Source: Octopus vulgaris (lineage: Eukaryota). From it: 64,000 nt of DNA. Positions within the stretch are counted from its first letter, which is position 1. Every line of letters starts with the position of its first letter. The position numbers and the translations under genes are program-made. Where the stretch lies: the NCBI GenBank assembly GCA_951406725.2, contig OX597828.1:38874001-38938000 (forward strand). The letters are read 5' to 3'. The notes under the pieces are model-generated. The model ran no database searches. It saw only the letters and a program-made list of their open reading frames with translations, and was not told the DNA's origin. Below, piece after piece: positions 1 through 10,953 of the stretch.

Positions 1-150
1 AAAGCATCCAGAACACTCTCTAAAGTGGCTGATGTCAGGAATGGTATCAGCTGTAGAAACCAAGCCAAAAGCAGACTACGGAGCCTGATGCAGCCCCTAA
101 CATTGCCAGCTCCTATCAAGCCGTCCAACCCACACCAGCATGAAAAGATC

Positions 151-665
151 CCGTAACCCGTGGCCTATGCCAGGGGTGTAACCAGCCCACATATGCGTTC
201 CTTTCCTTCAGTGGACACTAAACTCTGCTTGCGAAGACCCGTTGAGGCAAGTGAAATTGAAATTTTTAAAAATTCACAAATTCAATGATTGGCACCTGTG
301 CCAGTGGAACACTAAGAGCATCATACGAGTGTGATCACTGCCATAGCAGCTGACTGGCTTCTGTGCCGGTGGCACGTAAAAAGCAGCATTCAAACGTGAT
401 CGTTACCAGCATCACCTTACTGGCACTTGTGCTGGTGGCACGTAAAAAACACGACTTGAGTGTGGCCATTGCCAGTACCACTTGACTGGCATGTAAAAGC
501 ACCCACTACACTCTTGGAGTCGTTGATGTTAGGAAGAGCATCCAACTGTAGAAACTCTGCCAGATCACATTGGAGCCTGGTGCAGCCATCTGGTTCACCG
601 GTCCTCAGTCAAATCGTCCAACCCATGCTAGCATGGAAACCAGACGTTAAACGATGATGATGATG
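151..665 (+). mobile_element. RTE-family LINE 3' UTR copy (non-coding, 5'-truncated)
   Basis: Shares the 3' end of the 55961-59952 element: repeated TGTGCC.GTGGCACGTAAAAA units, CACCCACTACACTCT..GGAGT, TTAGGAAGAGCATCCAACTGTAGAAAC, CCAACCCATGCTAGCATGGAAA and a (GAT)n tail. A further fragment lies at 1-147. Confidence 0.85.
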
Positions 666-742
666 TAGGAAAAAAAAAAAAAAAAAAAAAAGAGAGTCTC
701 TCAATCTTGAAAAATATATGAGTGATCATTAATAAAAACACA

Positions 743-1490
743 GGTGCAGCTTGTAGTTACAAAACTTGATTCCCCAACCATGTAGTCTTGAGTTCAGTGG
801 CCACACTCAAGTCGTGTTTTTTACGTGCCACCAGCACAAGTGCCAGTAAGGTGATGCTGCTAACGATCACGTTTGAATGCTGCTTTTTACGTGCCACTGG
901 CACAGAAGCCAGTCAGCTGCTATGGCAGCGATCACACTCGTATGATGCTCTGTGACACCTTAGGCAAGTGTCTTCTACTATAGCCTGGGGCAGACCATAG
1001 CCTTATAAAACTGAAAGAAACTCCCTACGTGTGTGTGTGTGTGTCATGTTATGTTATGTTTGTCCCACACGACCACTTGACAACCTGTTGTTGGTTTGTT
1101 TACCTCCCTATAATTTAGCAGTTCAGAAAAAGAGACAGGGGGAATAAGTGCCAAGTGTTAAAAAATCAGCACTGGGGTCGATTTGTTCGACTAAACCTGT
1201 GGCTCTCAACGGGGAGTGGTGGGGCATAAGATAGTTAAAATTTATGTGCAATAAAATGGTTATACTTCTAGAGCACAAAATATTTCAAGATTTTAATACA
1301 GTTTTTAACATTTAATCATACAAAATATAATAGGGTTTTTTAAACATCAAATGGCTATGAGGGTCCATCTGAGTAACATAGGAATCAAAGGGGTCTAAAA
1401 GTAGAAAATGGTTGAGAAACACTGGATTAACCCTTCAAGACAGAACCCCAGAATAACCACTGTCCAATAATTGAAAAAAGTAAAAGATAA
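743..1490 (+). mobile_element. tRNA-derived SINE (family A) interrupted by an inverted insertion (798-951) and a hAT MITE (1197-1424)
   Basis: CCCAACCA..GAGTTCAGT..GGCAAGTGTCTTCTACTATAGCC..AAACTGAAAGAA..(TG)n..ACTGGGGTCGATTTGTTCGACTAAAC; the same order of blocks is seen at 28878-29222. Confidence 0.7.
1197..1424. mobile_element. hAT/Charlie-like MITE
   Basis: Termini CTGTGGCTCTCAAC / GTTGAGAAACACTG resemble Charlie CAGTGGTTCTCAA ends; degenerate 8-bp TSD GACTAAAC/GATTAACC; splits a SINE. Confidence 0.65.
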
Positions 1491-2477
1491 AAAATACCAA
1501 CATTAATCTGAAAATGTTTCTTAATGACAATTAATGAAGATTGTCGTCTGTATTAAGTCAACTCATTCTCATAATACTATTTACAATTCATTTGAAAAGA
1601 AAACCCGATTAGGAGCTAACATTAGATAAACACATCTATCCACTCTTAGTATTTTAAAGAAGCGACGAAGTTTAGTCAAGGTAAGTATCTTTATGGTCAG
1701 CTAATTTGCTAGAAATAGCAGCTAAACCCTTCACAGATCACACTCTACTATCAAATGAATAAATAAAAAGGAAATGGTGTTAAGACAAATCATTGCGGAA
1801 TATGCAAAAACGACGGGATGCTCAAAGCTGGAAAGCCTTTTATAAAAGACCTGCTTGAATAGAGCTGACTTGAGCTAAAAATAATCCCAACACCAGTTAA
1901 CGCTAACAAGGGAACTTCTACGTGTGGTCGCTCGATCTGCTAGAAATAAGAACCAAATCACCCTCAAATCAAACCATAAAAGGAGAAAGACACTCTGCAT
2001 GCACACTCATATTGCCTTTAAAAAATGCATACATTTTCTGCCTTTGATCAGGGCTTAAAGTAACCAGTTGAGACAGTCAAAGCAATATGGTCAGATAGCA
2101 TTTAATCGATTTTTAACATCTCAAAATGTTTTGTCCAGAATATCACTTGAAAACAAGCATCAGGTCCAGTGTATTACAAACTTTACTGGAAGCTAAGTAA
2201 CAGTTCGCAGTTAGTACAAAGACAATCAATAAACTGCAATGTAATCAAAAAACTACTTTATACATGAAAACACAAGTGAAGTTGAACATATAATAAAATA
2301 AATGTCAACTAGGCAAAAGGCCATCAAATTAGAGGAAGAAGGGGATTAGTCGAGGTCATCGAACCCGGAAGGATAAAAGACAAAACTGACCTCGAAGTCT
2401 AAAAGTAGAGCCAAAACGAAAACTACAAAAAGGTGCTGTCCTCACATCTTTAGGTTATCTTTTTTTTTTTTTTTTTG

Positions 2478-2742
2478 TCTTATCTCTTAATTGTTTCAGT
2501 CATTAGACTGCTGTCATGCTTTGAAGAATTTTAGTCAATCTCTTTTGCTGCACCATTAAGTTACAGGTATGTAAATAACACACCATCACCTGTTGTCAAG
2601 TAGTGCTGGGAGGACAAACACACAGACATATATATGATGAGCTTTTTTCAGTTTCCCTCTACCAGATCCAGTTATAAGGCTTTGGTCGGCCCGAGGCTAC
2701 AGTAGAAGACACTTGCTTAAGGTGCTACACAGTAGGACTTAA
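2478..2742 (-). mobile_element. tRNA-derived SINE (family A), partial
   Basis: TTTCAGTTTCC.TCTACCAGATCC..AAGGCTTTGGTCGGCCCGAGGCTACAGTAGAAGACACTTGC is the reverse complement of the family A body. Confidence 0.7.
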
Positions 2743-3429
2743 ATTCTACCAAACAATCACTTTCAACCTATGTAATAGTAAATAATACGCTATGTTTATA
2801 AACGAATGCAGAGAATATGTAATATTAGACGTGTAGTTGTCTCCGGATGAACACCTTTCTTATGTGACGCTGTTAATATTTATTTTAGCTCCTGGGTTGC
2901 CTTTGGTCGAGCTGATCAATGAAAGGTATTCCAACCATGACAAACCTGTCTTCCTTTTTGTTAAGACTTAATGCTCCCACTATCCAACGCATCCTGTCTT
3001 GTTTGGAACAGCGGTTTGTGATTTGAGGAAGAGTTGACTGCTATTTCTAAACGATCGAGCAATCATTTGGAGGTATATGTATATATATTGTCAGAATGTC
3101 GCCTCCTTCTAGACTTGAAAGCATTTATTAAAGGGCTGTTATTTAACCCCAGATGAAGCCAAATCGAGCAGACCTATAACCAAAGGCATTCTATCCGTGA
3201 TCACCCAGTCTTTTATAATTATATGGGTGCCCATTATTCCATGTATCTTTCCTTAAGTAATGCTTCGGGGAGCAGTTTGTGAGGGTGTGTGTGACTATTT
3301 CTAGCAAATCAGAAGATCACCTGTTGCCTCATCGAAGAGTCGGTCTTGTCATGTTTAGACACAATACATACAGACCCACAATGTGTTCATTTTTAAGACA
3401 GTCGGATATGGAGATTTGGCTGTTATTTC

Positions 3430-3704
3430 GGTAAATTTATAGTTTCACACACCAAATGTCGCTTTGTTGTTCCTCTGACTGGTCAGAAGCATGACAAAGC
3501 GACATTGTTGCCACTAATTCAAAAAAAAAATTAAACCTGGCTCAGTTATCTAGTGATTCTTGGGCGGCTTAGAAAGATATACAAACATTGGGTTATCAAC
3601 GTTACATGATAAACCACGAAGAAAATTTTGTTGACACCACACATGCGGGAAAAAAACCCCATTTAGTGCCGAAATCGAGTCTGGTGTGAAACCATAAATT
3701 TACC
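3430..3704. mobile_element. Merlin-like MITE, 275 bp
   Basis: TIRs GGTAAATTTATAGTTTCACAC / GTGTGAAACCATAAATTTACC (1 mismatch); perfect 8-bp TSD GTTATTTC at 3422-3429 and 3705-3712. GG termini with an 8-bp TSD are typical of Merlin/IS1016. Confidence 0.8.
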
Positions 3705-4355
3705 GTTATTTCTAATAGATCGATCACGTTGGCTCGTAAACGGTTTGTTAACCCCAAGAAGGTGACAGTCATTATTGGAGAGATAACAAAGACTACATCA
3801 GAATAATCTAGTTCATATTCGTATTTAGATTTTGGCTGCGAAACTATTGTTAATGGAAGCTCTTTTCGATTGTTTGTCTAACTTATTAGAGTAGCAATAT
3901 TTTCTATTATAGGCGTAAAGCCTATAATAAGCCTTATGCTTATATATAAAATAGTCGGTTACAACAACCCCGTGCTTAAGTGGTAGTTAATTCATCGACC
4001 GATGCTTTTTAAAGAATACGGAATGCTTAGTGTACGCATGGCATTTCTCAGTTAAAATTCCTAGTGGTTGTCTCTGTGGGAAGAGTCATATTTAGTCGAA
4101 AAGGTGTGTAAACTAAAATGTCTCACTCAGGGATAATATACGATCATTTGAATATATTACAGTATTTCTTACTGGTGCTCTTTTGGAAATGAAAGTCGAA
4201 GTCGACTATTGCTGCAATTTTCAACAATTTCAAAAGCAGTGAAATATTTTTAGAAAAATTTGATTGAATTTAATGAAAGAGAGGAGAAATAGATGCAAAT
4301 TCACATATTTAAATACGAAGAATAAAAGACGTAAAGTTACGAGAATTTTGCTTAC

Positions 4356-4564
4356 CAAGTTTTAGGATTTGTGAGAGGTTTGTACTTTTTATATTTTATT
4401 TTCCATTCAATCACTCTAGTACACGAATCACACAATCCAGTAATTTCCAAAGAATTTATCATTTTCTGTTTGATACTGTTATCGTGTAAATTATTTCTAA
4501 AAGCTGTGTTGTTTCTGTGACGGGGTGGGCCAGCTTTCTTCACATTACCTTTCTGTGAACTCAT
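4356..4564 (-). CDS. C9orf85: C9orf85 homolog (Cys/Lys-rich conserved protein), first coding exon
   Basis: MSSQKGNV..PPRHRNNTAFRNNLHD..GLCDSCTRVIEWKIKYKKYKPLTNPKT matches the N-terminus of C9orf85 (MSSQKGNV..HQN..F.N..C..C..EW..KY.KYKPL). Phase-2 donor TG|GTAAG follows 4356, where the split codon likely encodes the conserved Cys. No downstream exon recognised in the window. Confidence 0.9.
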
Positions 4565-5086
4565 CTTAAATTTTTGTTGTTATTTTTGTAAAAGAATCTG
4601 GAGCCAAGATTTACCATGTGCTTCCCCTAATGGACACCACATTACGGAAGTGACGTGATGCACAAGTAGCCCGGAAATATATATTTTTTTTTTTAAGATT
4701 ATTCTTAATTTAACATCACGAATTAGCTTTGATATTTTTATTCTATCTTTCTTTCGTAATATTTCACTAATTATTTTATTTTGACAAAAACCTGTTTTTT
4801 TCTCTTCTTTTTGACTATTAGGAAATACCGGATGTGGATTTGGGAAGATATGCAGTCGAACTCGTTTTCCCGTCGATGGCATGTGACGTCATATTGAATA
4901 GTCGTCTTACTCGCTTCCAGTTGAATACGTCTCATGTCTAGGAATACTTTGTGAATTGAATGTTCTACATTACGTTGTCGTGGTTGTCTTAAAAGTGGCT
5001 GTGTGCCTGCTTAGTCTGTACTCAACAGCCTGGTTTGTTCATTTTTTTTTTTTTTTTACCATTTGCTTAGGCCCCAAACCTAAGGT
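4565..5086. promoter_or_regulatory. Putative bidirectional promoter shared by C9orf85 and ABHD17
   Basis: 522 bp between divergent ATGs. Overlapping ETS-CRE CGGAAGTGACGT 4645-4656, ETS-like CCGGAAAT 4671-4678 and CCGGATGT 4829-4836, full CRE TGACGTCA 4884-4891. A polypyrimidine tract plus TTAG at 5067-5070 may be a 5'-UTR intron acceptor. Confidence 0.65.
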
Positions 5087-5733
5087 ATGAACGGCCTCTC
5101 TCTCAGCGAGCTTTGTTGTCTTTTTTGCTGTCCGCCATGTCCCTCCCGTATCGCTGCCAAACTGGCGTTTCTGCCTCCAGAACCGACATATTCTCTTGTA
5201 TCGGACCAAACAGGCTCACGGTACAGTTTGCATCTGACAGAAAGAGCAGAGTGGCAGTATTCGCAAAAAGAACTGGATTGTATCGAAGTATTCATGACGA
5301 GAACTACACGGGGAAACAGAATCTCATGTATGTTTGTTCGCTGTTCACCCAACGCTCGTTTCACTCTCCTTTTCAGCCACGGAAATGCAGTCGATTTAGG
5401 ACAAATGAGTAGTTTTTATATCGGACTCGGATCTAGAATCAACTGTAATATCTTTAGTTACGATTATTCCGGCTATGGAGCTAGCTCAGGAAAACCTTCG
5501 GAGAAAAATCTTTATTCGGATATTGATGCGGCTTTACAAGCCCTGCGGACTCGTTATGGCATCAGTCCACAAAATGTCATTTTGTACGGACAAAGTATAG
5601 GTACAGTTCCTACTGTGGATCTCGCTTCAAGATTTGAAGTTGGAGCTGTTATCCTACATTCGCCTCTTACCTCTGGTGTACGTTTGGCTTTTCCGGATAC
5701 AAAACGCACTTGGTTTTTTGATGCTTTCCCGAG
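5087..5733 (+). CDS. ABHD17: Alpha/beta hydrolase domain-containing protein 17 (protein depalmitoylase), coding exon 1
   Basis: N-terminal palmitoylation Cys cluster [34 protein letters not shown], nucleophile GQSIG (Ser170); ends at phase-2 donor AG|GTAAGT (5734). Confidence 0.97.
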
Positions 5734-6218
5734 GTAAGTAAATGATGATGTTTTGCTGTTGGTGTGGAGGAAAATCATTTTATTTGTATTATGAAACTAC
5801 AAGACTACATTTTTGTTTTCTTCTTCACATTTTTGTTCTTTTTTGTAAGAATTACAATCGATTGAATCAACCCTGCTTTCAATATCTAACTCGTATTTAT
5901 TCCATCGATGTAGTCAGTCAGAAAGGAAAAAAAAAAAAAAGATTCGCTCATCCCCGGCGGGAATCGAACTCAAACTATGTAGCAACGAACTAATTACCAC
6001 CTCTAAACGCTATTTTTTTTTTTTTTTTCTTTTAACTGTCTTTTCCACCTGCATCGCTCTCAATAATAATAATTTGTTTTAATGTTAATTCCATTGTTAC
6101 AGTTTTGACCCTTTACATTTTATTGTCCGTCTTCATCACATATGTCTATTCGCAAACAGTACTACCTACTTCCTTCTCTGAATTGCAGGCCAGTAGTTTC
6201 GGCATTAAACACCCCTGG

Positions 6219-6263
<45 letters not shown>

Positions 6264-9200
6264 CATATATAATATACGTGTGTGTGTGTTGTGCGTAACG
6301 ACTTAAACGTCACGAAACCAACATGTATGTATATATATATATATATAGATATATATATATAGATATTGTATGTGTGTTACAAGATGGGAGAGGGTTAATT
6401 AACTAAGTGTAACGATTTGTTAGTTTATTACACACACACACCTACAAATAAAAAACACTGACTCTCTAACATTTTTCTTTTTTTTTGACAAAGCGTAAAT
6501 TAGAATTAGATTGATTTTGTTGATAAATGTTTGTTATATAAGTAACACCGAACATGTTGGGATTTTTTTATTTTCATTATGCAAATTTTTATGTTGTTTG
6601 ATATTGTATATACTTTTTTTTAAAAAAGGGGGAAATTGAATTTTATTTTCATTTTTTATCGAAACAGTTTTTGTTCTTGTTTATCCTACATCATATCCGT
6701 CGCGCGCGCGCTCACACACACACATTCTGACAGTTTAGGGAACTTCTGAGTATGTAGTCATTTAGGGAGCGACATTTGGCATATAAACAGCGCTGTGGAA
6801 ACCATATGGCAAGCTGATATTAAGTTGGTGGGTGCCAACACTAACAACAGACTGGCTGACTCAGTGCAAATCAACTTTCACACCCACTTGACGACAACAG
6901 AACAAACAACTCCTTCGAATCGAACCCTCGCCTCCAATGACTTTTCAAACCAAACCACACTACTCTTCATAACTGTGTCTATAAAGAAACTCTTTTTTTT
7001 TTTTTTCTCACCCTCGTGATTATGCGGGGTTTTTATTATCTAGAAACGAAGTGTCATATTGCTATTTCAGATTACAAATACGTCCCTCTTGCTATTTTCG
7101 CAAAAATAATAAGAAAATTTTGAAAATCGTCTAAAGAAGAAGAAAAAAATATATTATTTCCGTGTGAAATACTATATTGCAATTGTTAGAGCAAAAGAAA
7201 TTAGTTTCTAGGTTATTAACACTAAAAATATGCTAAGCTACCACCATATCGCCTTTCTCTCTCTCTCTCTCCCTCTCTGATAGATTCCATGTGATATAAG
7301 ATTATTTAATTTAGTGCCGGGTTTTTTTCTTTATCCTCTTTTAAGTGTCGGATGTGTGTACCGTTCCTTTCTCAGCTGTTTCATAAATAATGAATGATAC
7401 TGGAAACTCCATGCCAATTTCGTTGACATTCCTTTTTCTCTCTTTTTTTTTATTGATACATTTAAACATATCTACAGAGGGCAAACTTCCACAAGCATAA
7501 AAATATACAAAGAAATCTTAAATGGTTATGTGATATTTGTTATGATTCTTTATTATAAAATAAGAACAAAAATGTTGAACACTGGGGATTAGTGTAATCG
7601 ACTTAGCCCCTCCCTTAAAATTGCAGGGCTTGTGCTAAAATTTGAAACTATTACTATTATTATTGGGTAAAAAGAGACTTTTTTCTTAACCCCAATTCTC
7701 CAAAGTAGGTATTGCTTTAGTTTCGAATTCTTATCAACAAAAGCATACGCATTGAGAGAAGATAAAAACATTACTTTTGTATATAGAATGAATTGTCACA
7801 GTATGTGTTTATGTCCATTCCGCCTACGACAAATGTCAGACAAATTAGGTAGAAGTAAATTAAGCTTTGAACCTAAATTTATGTTCATATTTCTGAAAGG
7901 TTCATTACGAGGCTATATTCAGTTGTACTAGATTTAATAATAGAATCCTTTCTCGATTTAAATATCTCAAGCAAACAATAAATCTGAAAAATAAGCTGTT
8001 TTATATATATATATATATATATATGGATCTTTTCCGTCTGAGTCAGAATTTTAAAAAAACCTTATCACTTTATCTCATTTAATAATAGTAATGATGGTAG
8101 ATTTCTAAAATAGTTTGTTAACTCGGATATTGTATGAAACGTGCCAGCCAACGTAGTTTAGCTATTTAAAATCTCGGATATAAAGATGTATTACTACGAG
8201 ATATTTCTTCCTGGAGAATAATTTGAAATGTTATTAAACAGTGTAGCAAATTAACTAACAGCATCTGAATTTGAAATATTTTCTCGCAGCCTTTCCCAAA
8301 ATCTTACATAAATTGCTTCAGTAGTCATTGCAATTTGGGTGTGTTTTCTGAAATGTTACTTCTAAGTAATGTTACATATATATCGGTATCTATTAGCTGA
8401 ACTTTTGACACTGGTTTGTTGTTATTATTAGTATAGATACACACTAATTAAAATGATTTTATGGTGCAGTCTTATTAAATTGATCGTTTTAATATGCGGT
8501 ATAATTAAATGAATGGTCACTTGAGGTACAACCTTATTTTAAAAGCTATAATTTTGTCTCAATAAACACGAATGATTTGAGCTGAAATTTTCTTAAATTT
8601 CAACTCGTTTTCATTGGAGTAAGTTTATATTTGTGTATGTATGTGAGGACCAGTTTTGTGTGTAACTGAAAGTTTATAGACAAGAAAAGTTGCCAGTTAA
8701 ACTTTAAGCGGGTGATAATTATAATTAATTTGTCACAGATTTTTTTTTATGTCGATACATCATTATCTGTTATTTGTCCCGGATGCATGACCTCTAATTA
8801 ACGCTAATGCTTAATTAATCATTTAACTCTTAATGCAAGTTTGTTTTATTAGCCCAACTTATTTGTGTCAGTATTTTTTAATAATTCTTCTATCGATTAT
8901 ATGACACACATTGTCGTTGATCTATGCTTGGATTGTTTTCTCCTTGCCACTACCAAAATACGAAGTATATATGTGTGTGTGAAACTAATGGGGTGGGGCG
9001 TTGTGTGTAATATTTAGTAAGCCGAGTAAAATATGTTAGATTTGTCCAATATTTTGCATGTTCTCTTCAATGATCTTTGCTGACATTCTTTAGGTTTTTT
9101 GTTGTTTTTTTTACCCAACAATTGTATAAATCATCTAGATATCGCAAGTGTATAATATGCATCCCTGAAACATTCATCAAGATCAATCTCAGCTGAGAAT

Positions 9201-10909
9201 CTATTATGAATGAACTAATTGACTAATTTGTATGTCCATGTGTTTAGACATGGGTCAACCTTGTTCTAGCAGATACGTGATCAAAAAGCATTCCAGTCAT
9301 CACCACCATCCCACCTTTTTAGGGGTGTGGTTAGAACAAAAGTCTTAATTGAAAGAGATTTGGCTGTTATTTCTAGCAGGTCGAGGTATCATGTAGAGAC
9401 TCTCTCGGTGTTGCTTTTAATGTATCTTGAATTATTCGAAGCTCATTCGTTTAATTTTGTTTGGTTTGCAGCTGTTTCAATTTGCTCAATGGACTTCACT
9501 GTCTTCAAGCAATACATCTGAATGTGATCAGAGCAATTCCATTGCGATATTTTCTTTCTGAATCTTAGAATTGATTTCCAAAGAAAAATAGTTGTAGTGC
9601 TTGGATAAACTGCTGTTAAAATATTAATCAATTTGCCACATATCTACGGCTTCATTTTGAATTTTGAATTTTAAAATGATATTGATTGCGCCGCTTCCTT
9701 AATAACTGTTATAGTACTTGGTACAGAATTTGACAGATTTCTGTTTCAAAATTTTGAATTCCACCCGTTGCGTTGATCAATTTTCCATCATAAATAAATC
9801 TGCTACCCACCCGTCTTATTTCATTTCATTTCATTTTCATGCGTACATTTCTCATCGTTGCTAAGTTTTTGAAGAATGTCAGTAGTGTGCTCTTTACGTG
9901 AGAACAGTATCAGAAATTCACTACTGCTTCATTCCGAATACACACACATACATATATATATAGTATTTTGACTAGTTCTCAATTGTTTTCGTGCTTTTGT
10001 CTTAACAGCTTATGGCTATGTTCATTGCTCTTCATCCTTTATCCTTAGTTATCTCCCTTCCTTTTATCTTTTAGGTCAGCTTTCGATCTAACTTTGTCTT
10101 ATCCGCCTCTGTTCTAGTTTAATCCGAACTTGCAATATTCACTCGTTTAGTTCTCATTCATTTTATGACATGTCAATATCAATACAGTTTCCTCGGCTGC
10201 AAATATTATTTGTTGTTTTGCAGTAATCAGACATTTCATCATGTAATTATTTTCAGTGAATTTTATTGAAATCATTGCAGACAGTCTTTCAGTGATAGGT
10301 CTTCATTATAATTTATAAGATTTTTAACAACAACACATCCTTTTGGAGTTAATAAAGATAAAATTGCATTCTCTTCTTGCATTCAGTCTATTTTCTAGCT
10401 GTCATCTACACTCCAATGATCCATTGTTGCAGTCCAATACTTGTACTGCTTATACAATGTGTATTTGTTGAGATGCCTCTGCATCTGTTGTGCACTAATT
10501 GGTTTCATTATTTACATAATGCTTTTCCATATATATTGTACAATGCTACCTCTCTGTATTTTGATAGCAACTTCTATTTTCCCAACATCACTTCCACAAT
10601 TCTACAGCTTACAATCTGCAACATTTCATCTCCCACTCTTATTCATTATCTTGTGTATTCAAAACTGCAACATATGGTCTATAAAATGTTTGCTAGTTTT
10701 CCTTCTTTTTTTTTTTCTTCTTTCATTCTTTTCTTTTTACTTCAGTTCTGATTTTTAATCATACATACATTCTTTCTGCTCCATTTTTCAGTATTACCAA
10801 TTGCATTCACTGTTTTATTTATTTATTTATTTATTGTTGCTTTTTTCTTTTCACCTCTGCGTTTGGCATAACCCAAACTGAAATTAAGTTTCATTCATAT
10901 GTTTGTGTG

Positions 10910-10953
<44 letters not shown>

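Larger units (their letters stand above)
1685..3730. repeat. Cluster of a short interspersed repeat (core GAGATTTGGCTGYTATTTCTAGCAGGTCGAG) in both orientations
   Basis: Core recurs near 1708 and 1940 in one orientation and near 3035, 3295 and 3412 in the other; further copies near 9356, 14657, 38690 and 41295. Confidence 0.6.

Noticed and set aside
1-4355. Search for C9orf85 exon 2 (expected CxxC..K.AYH..C)
   Set aside because: No convincing match found by eye; it probably lies left of the window.
4580-4882. 100-aa minus ORF in the intergenic spacer
   Set aside because: Low-complexity Lys/Ile-rich translation of promoter DNA with no recognisable motif.
5080-5778. Alternative-frame and antisense ORFs over ABHD17 exon 1
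   Set aside because: Shadows of the real CDS.
10377-10758. Overlapping 124-aa and 105-aa hydrophobic ORFs
   Set aside because: T-rich intronic sequence with non-ATG starts and no domain motifs.
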